This document shows positions 13,947-25,532 of a DNA stretch of 64,000 bases, piece after piece; position 1 is the stretch's first letter, and every line of letters starts with the position of its first letter. This DNA comes from Laetmonice hystrix. Its lineage: Eukaryota. Both the position numbers and the translations under genes were made by a program. Where the stretch lies: assembly GCA_965235115.1 (NCBI GenBank), contig OZ249444.1:26536001-26600000 (forward strand). The letters are read 5' to 3'. Below the pieces are notes generated by a model that had not been told where the DNA came from, did not search any database, and was given only the letters and a program-made list of their open reading frames with translations.

Positions 13947-14225
13947 AGTGTGTATTAACAGTGTGTATTGGTAGTGTGTATTAATAGTGTGTATTGGTAG
14001 TGTGTATTAATAGTTGTATTGGTATAGTGTGTATTAATAGTTGTATTGGCAGTGTGTATTTATAGTTGTATTGGTAGTGTGTATTAATAGTTGTATTGGT
14101 ATAGTGTGTATTAATAGTTGTATTGGCAGTGTGTATTAATAGTTGTATTGGTAGTGTGTATTAATAGTTGTATTGGTAGTGTGTATTAATAGTGTGTATT
14201 GGTAGTGTGTATTAATAGTGTGTAT
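13947..14225. repeat. AT-rich degenerate minisatellite, about 25-bp unit
   Basis: GTGTGTATTAATAGTTGTATTGGTA variants. Confidence 0.85.
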
Positions 14226-15515
14226 CTGTGAATGCTGTATCCACGGCAAACGGAACAATTGCTCCTTGAATCTCTCTATGTCAAACATTTTTGATTTCCT
14301 TCTTGCCAACCTCTCTGATGGAAACTCACACACAGACATTGCGTTTTCTGGCTCTTTTTCTCGCTTTATTATCATGTTTTTATTTCTCTCATTTTTTGTC
14401 TGTATCCACAAGCGTTCTCGAGCGTCTGACAGCCGCCGAGGCAGCAGTATTTCTGCGTCCCTTGAAGTGTTGGGGGAGGGTCGTTCACCGACTCGGGTTG
14501 GCGCTATTCATTTAATCCTGTGTCAACGGCCCAATGATTTCAAAATACACCAATCCACAGGAATGAGGCGCGACTGACTAGCTCGTGTCACTTTGCCATC
14601 CTATAAGACGGACTTATCTGTGATTATGACCTGAAAGTCGCTGCCTCTCTATAGTTTTCATTTCGTCACAATTAAATGCTTAGTTGCCTGATTATGGTGT
14701 AATTCCCCTGCGAGCCGTTGGATCTTGTTAGAGCTATTTGGTTTATTAATTGAGCTTGGAGCGCGGGTTTGGCGTGGCGACTAGGGGGATGATTAAGGAC
14801 TCGCGAGTCGGGTAGGCCCCCCGGGACCGGCGGGGGGGGGGGGGAGAGGGGGTGGGGGTGCGGAGGGTCTATAGTTGCCTACAATTTACCGCTTCAGTAT
14901 ATCGATTGGCAACCAGCGCGGTACCCAGGGACGGAGAGAATTTTTTTTGGTTAGGTCAGGAGGTACGTTTGACACAGTTACACTTGAACACGACGTCTAG
15001 AAGGTTGACACATAAATTGGCGGGCTACTTGATATGCCAGTGTTTACCCCAGCAGTCGTAAAGGCTAAATGAGCTTTTCCACTGAGGTGAGAGTGTACAC
15101 TGGGCGGGGGGGGGGGGGGGCTGGAAATGGGGATGGGGAGGGAGAGAGAGAGAACGGGGGGGGGGAGACACTGACGCTTCAACCTAATTACTGGCGCTTG
15201 TGAGCGCCGGCTGTTCAAACACCGGCTCACTATGGACGCGTCTTCCTCTGAGCCATACTTCCCTGCACCGTCCGCCAAAATATCATTTGTTATCTTCCCT
15301 TCAGTTCTCTGCGAGTCCCTTGAAAACTTTGAGGGATGTGTCTGCCTGCAGGACAGGGTCAGTCCACCGACAGCAGGGAGACTATCATTGTAGTTTAACT
15401 AGGTTAGGGCGAGCTTGGCGACACAATGAACTGTGGTTGTCAATCGGGGGTTCAATGTTGTCAACTACAGTGGTGATATTCTGGGGTTGGAAGTTTATGT
15501 GGGCAAGTGGCAAGG

Positions 15516-16812
15516 AGTCCCACACAAGTCACAACAATTACTTGATAAACCTTGATGAAATCATAAACACCACAAGGTAGAGTCCCACACAAGTCACAAC
15601 AATTACTTGATAAACCTTGATGAAATCATAAACACCACAAGGTAGAGTCCCACACAAGTCACAACAATTACTTGATAAACCTTGATGAAATCATAAACAC
15701 CACAAGGTAGAGTCCCACACAAGTCACAACAATTACTTGATAAACCTTGATGAAATCATAAACACCACAAGGTAGAGTCCCACACAAGTCACAACAATTA
15801 CTTGATAAACCTTGATGAAATCATAAACACCACAAGGTAGAGTCCCACACGAGTCACAACAATTACTTGATAAACCTTGATGGAAATCATAAACACCACA
15901 AGGTAGAGTCCCACACAAGTCACAACAATTACTTGATAAACCTTGATGAAATCATAAACACCACAAGGTAGAGTCCCACACAAGTCACAACAATTACTTG
16001 ATAAACCTTGATGAAATCATAAACACCACAAGGTAGAGTCCCACACAAGTCACAACAATTACTTGATAAACCTTGATGAAATCATAAACACCACAAGGTA
16101 GAGTCCCACACAAGTCACAACAATTACTTGATAAACCTTGATGAAATCATAAACACCACAAGGTAGAGTCCCACACAAGTCACAACAATTACTTGATAAA
16201 CCTTGATGAAATCATAAACACCACAAGGTAGAGTCCCACACAAGTCACAACAATTACTTGATAAACCTTGATGAAATCATAAACACCACAAGGTAGAGTC
16301 CCACACAAGTCACAACAATTACTTGATAAACCTTGATGGAAATCATAAACACCACAAGGTAGAGTCCCACACAAGTCACAACAATTACTTGATAAACCTT
16401 GATGAAATCATAAACACCACAAGGTAGAGTCCCACACAAGTCACAACAATTACTTGATAAACCTTGATGAAATCATAAACACCACAAGGTAGAGTCCCAC
16501 ACAAGTCACAACAATTACTTGATAAACCTTGATGAAATCATAAACACCACAAGGTAGAGTCCCACACAAGTCACAACAATTACTTGATAAACCTTGATGA
16601 AATCATAAACACCACAAGGTAGAGTCCCACACAAGTCACAACAATTACTTGATAAACCTTGATGAAATCATAAACACCACAAGGTAGAGTCCCACACAAG
16701 TCACAACAATTACTTGATAAACCTTGATGGAATCATAAACACCACAAGGTAGAGTCCCACACAAGTCACAACAATTACTTGATAAACCTTGATGAAATCA
16801 CAAACACCACAA
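15516..16812. repeat. Highly homogeneous minisatellite, 65-bp unit, 20 copies
   Basis: AGTCCCACACAAGTCACAACAATTACTTGATAAACCTTGATGAAATCATAAACACCACAAGGTAG in tandem. Confidence 0.97.
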
Positions 16813-17429
16813 AACTTAGGACATTAGAAGATGGTACACCTGACTGTAAGACGTCTGTCATATTGAACTGATGAACTGGTGAGAGCTGTCTGAGACGTAT
16901 AGCTTTGGGTCTACCTTGGAGGATAAATCTACCATCTCTCTAAGATCATGTACATACAGTACTAGCCCGAGCAGTGATGAGTGTATCAACCTATATGTGA
17001 CGAACAGATCAGTCGTTCTTACCCATGTTTCGCTCAAATCAGATGTGAGAAGAGCAACTTTGACTCCTGGCGAGTGTGTGTGTCTGTGAGCTTTCTCTCC
17101 GTGCGCCGAGAAGTGCCAAAATGACACGAAATGGTTTAAAACAAGGACATGATTTCCAACTGATGATGACAAGTGTTGAGATGAAACCAGAGGCGGCGCG
17201 CTGCCTGGTTAGCGTGGCCTAATTAGCCACCGAAGCGTTGGCATCATCGCCCCTTTAATTGAAACCCCAGAGTCCGTGAGGACCACTCCATGCTAGGGTG
17301 GAGTCGGCTTGACACACTACCGGTGTTCAGTCGATGGCGTGGGAAATAAAGCCGGTCGTGTGGGCTAAATGATCATTATTAGTTCTCTCCCGGCTGGCAG
17401 ACATTGCCATGAACAACAACATAGGGTTA

Positions 17430-18178
17430 GGACTACAGTGTTGTTTCTGACATTAGGGACTAGAGTGTTGTTTCAGACATTATATGACCACTTATAGACT
17501 ACAGTGTTGTTTCTGACATTATGATCAGGTATAGACTACAGTGTTGTTTTAGACATTATGATCAGGTATAGACTACAGTGTTGTTTTAGACATTATGATC
17601 AGGTATAGACTAGAGTGTTGTTTCTGACATTATGATCAGGTACAGACTAGAGTGTTGTTTCTGACATTATGATCAGGTACAGACTAGAGTGTTGTTTTAG
17701 ACATTATGATCAGGTATAGACTATACAGTGTTGTTTCTGACATTATGATCAGGTATAAACTAGAGTGTTGTTTCTGACATTATGATCAGGTATAAACTAG
17801 AGTGTTGTTTCTGACATTATGATCAGGTATAAACTAGAGTGTTGTTTCTGACATTATGATCAGGTATAAACTAGAGTGTTGTTTCTGACATTATGATCAG
17901 GTATAAACTAGAGTGTTGTTTCTGACATTATGATCAGGTATAGACTAGAGTGTTGTTTCTGACATTATGATCAGGTATAAACTAGAGTGTTGTTTCTGAC
18001 ATTATGATCAGGTATAGACTAGAGTGTTGTTTCTGACATTATGATCAGGTATAGACTACAGTGGTTCTGACATAATACGATCAGGTATCGACTACAGTAT
18101 TGTTTCAGACATTATGATTAGGTAGGCTATAGACTACAGTGGTTCTGACATAATATGATCAGGTATAGACTACAGTGG
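17430..18178. repeat. Minisatellite, 37-bp unit, about 19 copies
   Basis: GACTAGAGTGTTGTTTCTGACATTATGATCAGGTATA in tandem. Confidence 0.95.
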
Positions 18179-18180
18179 AC

Positions 18181-18687
18181 GTAAGTAGACTAAGTAGACT
18201 ACAGTGTAAGTGATGGTTATTGTGTTGTAAGTAGACTACAGTGGAAGTGATGGTTAGTGTGTTGTAAGTAGACTACAGTGGAAGTGATGGTTAGTGTGTT
18301 GTAAGTAGACTACAGTGTAAGTGATGGTTATTGTGTTGTAAGTAGACTACAGTGTAAGTGATGGTTATTGTGTTGTAAGTAGACTACAGTGTAAGTGATG
18401 GTTATTGTGTTGTAAGTAGACTACAGTGGAAGTGATGGTTAGTGTGTTGTAAGTAGACTACAGTGTAAGTGATGGTTATTGTGTTGTAAGTAGACTACAG
18501 TGGAAGTGATGGTTAGTGTGTTGTAAGTAGACTACAGTGGAAGTGATGGTTATTGTGTTGTAAGTAGACTACAGTGGAAGTGATGGTTAGTGTGTTGTAA
18601 GTAGACTACAGTGGAAGTGATGGTTAGTGTGTTGTAAGTAGACTACAGTGGAAGTGATGGTTAGTGTGTTGTAAGTAGACTACAGTG
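18181..18687. repeat. Minisatellite, 37-bp unit, about 13 copies, abutting the previous array
   Basis: GTAAGTAGACTACAGTGGAAGTGATGGTTAGTGTGTT in tandem. Confidence 0.95.
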
Positions 18688-18774
18688 ACTTGTGTTTGTG
18701 GATCAGTTTTATCCGTCAGGCTAGGAACTGGCACTGAAGGGGATGCCGGGAGGATGGAAGGAAGGCCAGCAGTA

Positions 18775-18828
18775 AGGACAGATGGCCGTAATAGGGACAG
18801 ATGGCGGTAGTAGGGACAGATGGCCTGT
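18775..18828. repeat. Short tandem repeat, 19-bp unit, 3 copies
   Basis: AGGGACAGATGGCCGTAAT variants. Confidence 0.75.
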
Positions 18829-18923
18829 AATTTGGGCTGGTGGAGGAGAGAGGAATGGAGGGAGGTGCGTGTGTTCATGCCGCCACGAAAACAGTTGGAA
18901 CTGTAGCAGGGACATATATAGGA

Positions 18924-19308
18924 AAGTGCAACTCAGCCCTTGGTCGCAAGAATTGAGTTGCATGGCTTGCGATAATATCAAACATGTTTGACATTTCCCC
19001 CTCTTGTCGCAAGGCTTGCGACCAACGCCAGAATCGTCGCTAGGCAATGACCAATCAGATGGCGAGCAATGATATCATGTGACCAAAATACGTCCGTACG
19101 TAGGCCTAGCATATGACGCAATAAAGGGCTTTCAGTTGCAAAGCCTGGGACGCTGATAGCAAGAATTGGTCGCAAAGTGGGTTCGGGTCCCTGAGTCTCA
19201 AGGCTTGCGACAGGCTCGTCGCAAGCCTTGCGACGAGCTGCGTCGCCATGCTTGCAACTGGTGTCGCAAGCAGAAATCGCATAGTGGGTTCAGGGCTTTA
19301 GTGTACTT
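18924..19308. mobile_element. Palindrome-rich MITE-like element in the AChE intron
   Basis: Nine TCGCAA/TTGCGA motifs in both orientations; palindromes at 19006-19022 and 19214-19238; degenerate terminal inverted repeat (12/17) at 18924-18940 and 19292-19308; no ORF. Confidence 0.45.
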
Positions 19309-19507
19309 CGAAATTTTCAATGTGTTTTAATGACGTTTTATTCTATGAATTGGTCTACGAAAATCTTAGTGATAAATACCGATGAACTAGCTGGAGGGTG
19401 AAAAACAAACAAACAAAAAACACATGCACAAAAACACACACACAGAAACGCACAGTACATGTAAAGAGAGACTTTGGTTTCGTAGAGATTTAGAAAGTCA
19501 ATTGCAG

Positions 19508-19513
19508 ACTTAC
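19508..19513 (-). other. 5' splice donor ending the large AChE exon (phase 2)
   Basis: Minus strand reads AAG ACC GG|GTAAGT; the ORF-track stop at 19510-19512 is intronic. Confidence 0.93.
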
Positions 19514-21063
19514 CCGGTCTTGGCGAAGTTGGTCCAATACTTCATAATCTGCCGGGACAAGTCCCTCTCCGCGTCCGTATAGTTCAGCCCCGGTTTGAAG
19601 GGATCTCCGAACGCAAACACGATCTCGTCACCATGGAGAACACCCATCCACTCGGGCCAGGGGTTGGACGAGTAGCGGTGGGTAAAGTAATACATGTACA
19701 CATTCTCGCCCGCGCTTGCATAGGTGTGAGCGAAGTGGTTGACATGACACACAAAATGACAGTCGCCTACAGCCTGGTCGAGCTGTTTCACGTTCAGGTG
19801 GTCGTTGTCAGGCTCCAGCCAGTTGGAGTATTGGTACCGAATGGCGTCTAAACCAAAGTCATTGTTCACTTGCGGATACTGAGGGTAGTAATAGAACAAC
19901 CTCTCTACACTTTCTAAGAAGTGCTCTTCTTTCATAATCTTCCTTTCGAGGTCTAGAAACTTGTCGAGCTCGTAAATGATGAAAAATGAGCCTTCGTTGA
20001 GGTTGCTGCCCAGTAAAATTGGACATTTTTTAAAGCTGCGCCTTTCTAGGGAAACCTCGGGATGTTCAATTAGAAAAGCACCATCGATGACAGGAAGGAA
20101 AGGAAATTGCATAACACTGCGAGACACCCACTGTTGTTCTACAAGTTTCTGAGGCGCGATTTTCCGCAAGCATTCTACTATTGGTTCTATATCGACGGTT
20201 TTTTCACATCCCAAGTAATCAACCGCTAACTCTAACGAACGCCGCTTGGCCTCGTGCATTGTCAGCGTTCCCCAAGGCATGTTGGCAGTTCCGCTCTGCA
20301 TTATCGCCCGCTGGTATTTGCTTCTGCTCAGGGGCGATAATAGGTGAAGGCTGACACTGACACTTCCGGCGCTTTCCCCGCAGAGGGTGACGTTATTCGG
20401 GTCCCCGCCGAAGTAACGTATGTTTTGCTGCACCCATTCCAAGCCCATCAGTTGGTCAAACATGCCAGCGTTGCCCGGGGCAGTTGCGTGACCCATGGCC
20501 AAGAAGCCCAGGGCCCCGACCCTGTATCCAATGGATACGACGATGATATTGTTCATAGCGGCTAGAATCTTACCATCATACACGTTCAAAGTTGTCGTTC
20601 CACTATAGAACCCGCCTCCGTAAATCCATACAAAAACGGCCGAGCGCCTGATTCTTGGGTGCGTCTTGGGAACCCAGACGTTCAGGTACAGACAATCCTC
20701 GCTAACCTTCGTCGTCGGATTCCACATAGTGGACCCTCGGAAGTCATCAAAAAACTCATCCGGGCTCTGATAACAGGAATTGGGCAACTTGGTCGCGTTA
20801 AATATTCCAACCCATGAATCGAGAGGTTGTGGGTGACGGAACCGTAAGTGACCCACAGGTGGCTTAGCAAAGGGAATGCCAAGGAAGGCATCAACCGCCT
20901 TATTGAGGGACGGTAGGTGGTAACGAATTCCTCGCACACGACCCTTCTCGGTGTTAACGATCAAGTCGTCTCGTCGGGCTAATGTGGCGTAGAATATTGT
21001 GCAAAGGGGCAGCAGAGCCAGTACCCTGGGCCGGTGATGCGGCACGCTCACAGCGAAAGCCAT
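19514..21063 (-). CDS. ache: Acetylcholinesterase (carboxylesterase type-B family, invertebrate ace-1 type): large coding exon, N-terminal 516 codons; C-terminus lies in further exon(s) not found here
   Basis: Translation shows a signal peptide (VLALLPLCTIFYATLA), SCYQ/EDCLYLN disulfide pair, choline-site W (GSTMWNP), oxyanion hole GGGFYSG, catalytic Ser in GESAG (20371-20373), Glu in NEGSFF (19993-19995) and His in WMGVLHGDEI (19633-19635). The exon ends at WTNFAKTG, a known cholinesterase intron position (e.g. end of BCHE exon 2). Main ATG context is GGA-ATG-G. Confidence 0.97.
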
Positions 21064-21077
21064 TCCCTCGGTGAGTA

Positions 21078-21107
21078 TGACGTCACCAACCCGTCCCCAT
21101 TACGTCA
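21078..21107. promoter_or_regulatory. Paired CRE-like motifs just upstream of the AChE ATG
   Basis: TGACGTCA at 21078-21085 and TTACGTCA at 21100-21107; motif match only. Confidence 0.3.
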
Positions 21108-21222
21108 TCAAAAGGCGCGTATTACCATTGTGGACGGACGCTGCTGTGGCATCAGGGAGACGGCCGCGTCGTCGTCTGCGCCCTCCACGGCGCCATTCAA
21201 GTAGTCCGCGTCGGCACACCAT
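21100..21222 (-). other. Upstream ORF (40 aa, Arg-rich) in the AChE leader
   Basis: ATG at 21222, MVCRRGLLEWRRGGRRRRRGRLPDATAASVHNGNTRLLMT*, in frame with AChE and stopping 36 nt before its ATG. Confidence 0.5.
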
Positions 21223-21228
21223 CAGATC

Positions 21229-21254
21229 CTACAAGAGAACGAACATGACGTTAG
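21229..21254 (-). other. 3' splice acceptor and branch point opening the AChE exon
   Basis: Minus strand reads CTAAC...GTTCGTTCTCTTGTAG|GATCTG: branch consensus, pyrimidine tract and TAG. Confidence 0.8.
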
Positions 21255-23200
21255 GGAATTCTCATATTCATAGAGTTTGTAGATCTAGAGCGTACACAAT
21301 CTAGTCAGATATCTTGTGGCCAATCTACTTCCATACATTGTACCAATTGGCTCTCTTTGGAGCTTCTTTAAATTTATGTCCTTTTGGTTGGTAACTTAAA
21401 GAGCAGAACCCCAGTTTTTACTTGTGATTTCAATCTCAGATGAGATTGTCTCATCAGAGATTAAGATATGCTTCAATGGAGATGGAACTCAATTGTTTTT
21501 ATACGAGCGTGAGCTGCCGATCTCAACGGAAGCTTCATTTAAAACCAGATCTTGCTTGTGCATCTCATCCGGCGATTTCATTATATTGAACCAGCTCGTT
21601 TGCTAACACGTTAGGTACGCACAAAATCACTTTGTTATAAGACCTGCAATACTATATCATACCCAGTAACGAGCTTTGTTTACGTCGGCGGGAATACGTA
21701 CAGGGAAACGAGACACATATATACCATATACAGAACTATGATTCGTTACAGATCTCAGTATCTTTCAAGTTTCACAGGGTTCTCTGGGGGAGTTCCGTTG
21801 TCATTAGGTGGGAGACAAATTTAATTAAATTTTAGCAAAACAGAATAATATTAGGCGTAAATTATCCATGGAAAGAAGGCCAAGAACAACTGATGGTTAT
21901 TTTAAAAATCCTCCCGCCCCCTCCCCTCCTCTCCCCTCCACTCCCCTCCCCTGCCGGTTAGTTTAGTTATATATTCCCCTTGATAAAATACAGCTTGATC
22001 AACCCCCAGTCGTTGTCGTCCATCTGTGTCGAGTGACACCTAGCGGTGGTTGAAGTCAATGGCTGCCTGTATTAAAGTGTCACATGTCCCCGTGCAGCCA
22101 CTGCCCGTGATCTGAGACTCCTTGGAGAGTGTTCCAAGGATCTTGGAGTGGTATGCAGCCAGCCCGGTCAATGGCGACTCGTGTAGAGCACTTGTCGCGG
22201 CGACTACAGGAGGCTGGCTCACAGGAGGTGGTGGTATCTGCAGCGGTTAATGAGTGGGCGCCAGGCCGCGATCGACAGGAGGAGGTGGGGGGGGGGGGCA
22301 GGAGGAGGTGGGAGGGGGCAGGGGGTTGGCCCTCAAAACCTGGAGGGCCACTCGACAGCATCGTTACCCACTACCACTTCTCTCATATTACACGTATTGT
22401 CGTTAATGACGGAGGAGGAGAGAAGCCAGGTAAGATATTTACCTGAGTCCAAGGTATAACGTCACCGATATCGGGAGACCTGGGTAAGGTTGCCGAGATG
22501 TGACCCCACTTCTAACAGTAACACGAGGCGACAGGGGTCTTCCATACTCTTTATTTCGTTAACGCGTGTAAATTTTAACGAAGTGGTAGCTATGAAGTAT
22601 CGACGACACCAAGAATAGGTCTCGAGGGAGTTCTTATGATCTGTTTCTGACAAAGACGTCGTTATTGTCACTGATAAATTGTACTGGAAAGTTGAAACCT
22701 TGAAACTAGTTTCAGTAGGGTTGATGAAGTTAATTACGATTAGGATGATATGTCACAGCTGTTAGAATTTACGTGTTCGGCTGCAGGTAAAATAAATGTA
22801 GGTCACAGGTAAGTGTACATTTCTGATTGGCTGTTATAGACTTCTGATCTTGCTTGATCTTAAACATTAAGGCCTATGATTGGCTGCGTTGCTGAAACCA
22901 GTCGATCTTAAGGCGTCGATTTAAGCTAAAGCATTACATTTATTTATGAATAACTAGGCCGTACAGTAGTAATGACGGTAGTTGTGGGAATGACCAGAAC
23001 GTTGCTGCGATTGGTATTATTTAAGTACATGCAGGGTCACCGGCAATTGATTCAGAAAGTGAGATAACCAAACAGCAGGTAGAAAGCTAGATGGTTTGTG
23101 TAGGCTTAATTTCCATCTCCACTGTTTGTATCTTAAGTAAAATGTAATCATTAAACAAGACCTTAAACAAATGGTGGAGAACCCGGATATATCCCATTCT

Positions 23201-23612
23201 GGCTGGACACCTTCACTGATAGCTTAGGTATGCGCAGACAGACATTAAACATTCACGGAACTTTTCGTGTTTCTATAGCAGTAATAATTAAAGCAAGATG
23301 ACAAGAGGAGGCTGGACACCTTCACTGATAGCTTAGGTATGCGTAGACAGACATTAAACATTCACGGAACTTTTGTGTTTCTATAGCAGTAATAATTAAA
23401 GCAAGATGACAAGAGGAGGCTGGACACCTTCACTGATAGCTTAGGTATGCGTAGACAGACATTAAACATTCACGGAACTTTTTTGTGTGTTTCTATAGCA
23501 GTAATAATTAAAGCAAGATGACAAGAGGAGGCTGGACACCTTCACTGATAGCTTAGGTATGCGTAGACAGACATTAAACATTCACGGACCTCTTTTCGTG
23601 TTTCTATAGCAG
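23201..23612. repeat. Tandem repeat, about 109-bp unit, about 3.8 copies
   Basis: GGCTGGACACC recurs at 23201, 23310, 23418 and 23530. Confidence 0.93.
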
Positions 23613-24682
23613 TGACAAGAGGAGCAGTACACTCCAAGATCTGTGCCAAGTTTTGAGTTTTTGGAACTGCCCCCATAGAACCGCCCTCACGAACCGCTGG
23701 GCCACAGGAACCGCATGTGGGACAGATGAAGGATTTGGAAAGGAAAACCTTACCAGAGACTTCAAAATAACAGCTATAACATTAGATACTCAGTTTCAAT
23801 GCACCGCACCTCTTCCCAACTGAAAAAAGTAATAGAATCCCAAGACTTGACGATTTCTACCTTTTAGATGCTAGGCCTATAATTCCAGGATCTTTGCAAC
23901 AATATTGGCAGTAACGATGTTTTACTACAAATTAGAGCTACGGTGGTGACAAGAGGTACATTAGATATTCGATGTAAGTCACAGAACAACATGAAATATC
24001 TTTCAAAAAGCCTTGGTGAAAGTCTAAGGGTCCTAAAAACAATGAATAACCTAGGTCGTTGCCCTGTTATTTCACAGTAATGGAGTCTGGGAAGGCCTTT
24101 CCCGTGAGTAAACCCCCTACACGCACGATGTCATCTCGGACGTGGTCTTAGTGTGTCCGGAGTGCAAGCCTCTCTCCCATGGTGACCAAAGTGTCCCCAT
24201 GGTCCCCACTACACGCAGACTGAGCCGTCAGTCCCGTGGTACCCGCCCGGTACCGGCAGGCCGGCAGGCCGGCTGGTCAGGGGCCGTCTCCCGGGGAGTG
24301 GCGGGCAGGGTAGTCGGGTTATCGGGTCCTTGGGTACTACTGCCCGGCCGCTCGGCCCTGTTGGGGGACTGACTGGCTTGCTGACCGTCCTGCCTCCAGC
24401 ATAGGTAGCCGTATATAGTCTACCGCTGACACTATTCGCGTTACTGGTTTCGCGTATCTCTTTTGACTCCAAGTGATGAGTGCATGTCTTTTTTTCTAAA
24501 CAAGAGATAGCTAAGAACTCACCGGCTGTCTCTAAAGGTTGTACGTACATTGTGTATGTGGACAATCCGAATGCTTCAACTGATGTGGACCTGATTGTTT
24601 CCAGTCGGAGTTGAACAGAGCAGCACGCACACTGAGATGTAGGGGTACGGGTATAATACTGCTGCTGGCAGTGGTAGAAGTC

Positions 24683-24683
<1 letters not shown>

Positions 24684-24743
<60 letters not shown>
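24684..24743. repeat. Perfect (CTG)20/(CAG)20 trinucleotide tract
   Basis: Direct read: 60 bp uninterrupted. Confidence 0.97.
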
Positions 24744-24744
<1 letters not shown>

Positions 24745-25532
24745 GGCTGATCATGATGATACTGCTGGCAATGACACTGTCGCCGAAGTCCTTGTAGGTT
24801 TCCTTCGCAGCCTGCCTTGCTGCCACCTCGATACGAGCCCCCCAACGATGCATGCCCGCCCAATTAGCCCCTATTGATCGCAAGCCTTCGAAAATTTCCC
24901 ATGCGCGTTTCAATTCAAATGAGCAACACCATGAGACCGACGAGCCCGACCTTTGCGTTCAGTGGAGCATTGACACAAGCTTTGCCTGCCTTTCTTTGTC
25001 ACCAACATTGGTCTTATTTATCGCCAGTCCCTCGGCCAAGAGGCTCGCTACGTACTGGGCACTCCGCTCGCCACAGTTAGGCTACATTGCTGTTTTGTTA
25101 AGCGGTTGTTTTATTTTCTGTCCAGTTGCCGTGTTGCCGTTTTGTTTAGCGGTTGTTTTATTTTTTGTCCAGTTACTGTTCTCATCTTTCTCTTTCATAC
25201 AACTGCGGTACAAGTAGGTTCATAAGAAATCATTTACCCTGTACTTTGTTTATTAAATGCGCAACCAAATCTGCATTTAACGTATATTTTGATCTGATAA
25301 ATCTGAAATAAAAGTGCCTTAAAGATATTTTGTTAGAAGACGACTTCTCTTCATTAAACTCCAGCCTGGGCCTGGGAGTTATCTTCAAGTTGAGGGGGGT
25401 GGCCTGTTTAACCTTTAATTCCCAACACTGGCATGTTTGACATACAGCTAGTCCATGTATTGGAATATTTAGACCTTGGACTCATCCTACCCACTCCAAA
25501 GTTAGATGCTTCATTTTTTGACGTTTCTATGA

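Larger units (their letters stand above)
21064..21228 (-). other. 5' untranslated part of the AChE exon, containing six upstream ATGs
   Basis: 165 nt between the acceptor and the main ATG. An in-frame TAA at 21102-21100 excludes an N-terminal extension. Confidence 0.7.

Noticed and set aside
4458-18687. 29-37-bp direct repeats as CRISPR arrays
   Set aside because: Units are head-to-tail with no unique spacers, there are no cas genes, and the context is a eukaryotic intron.
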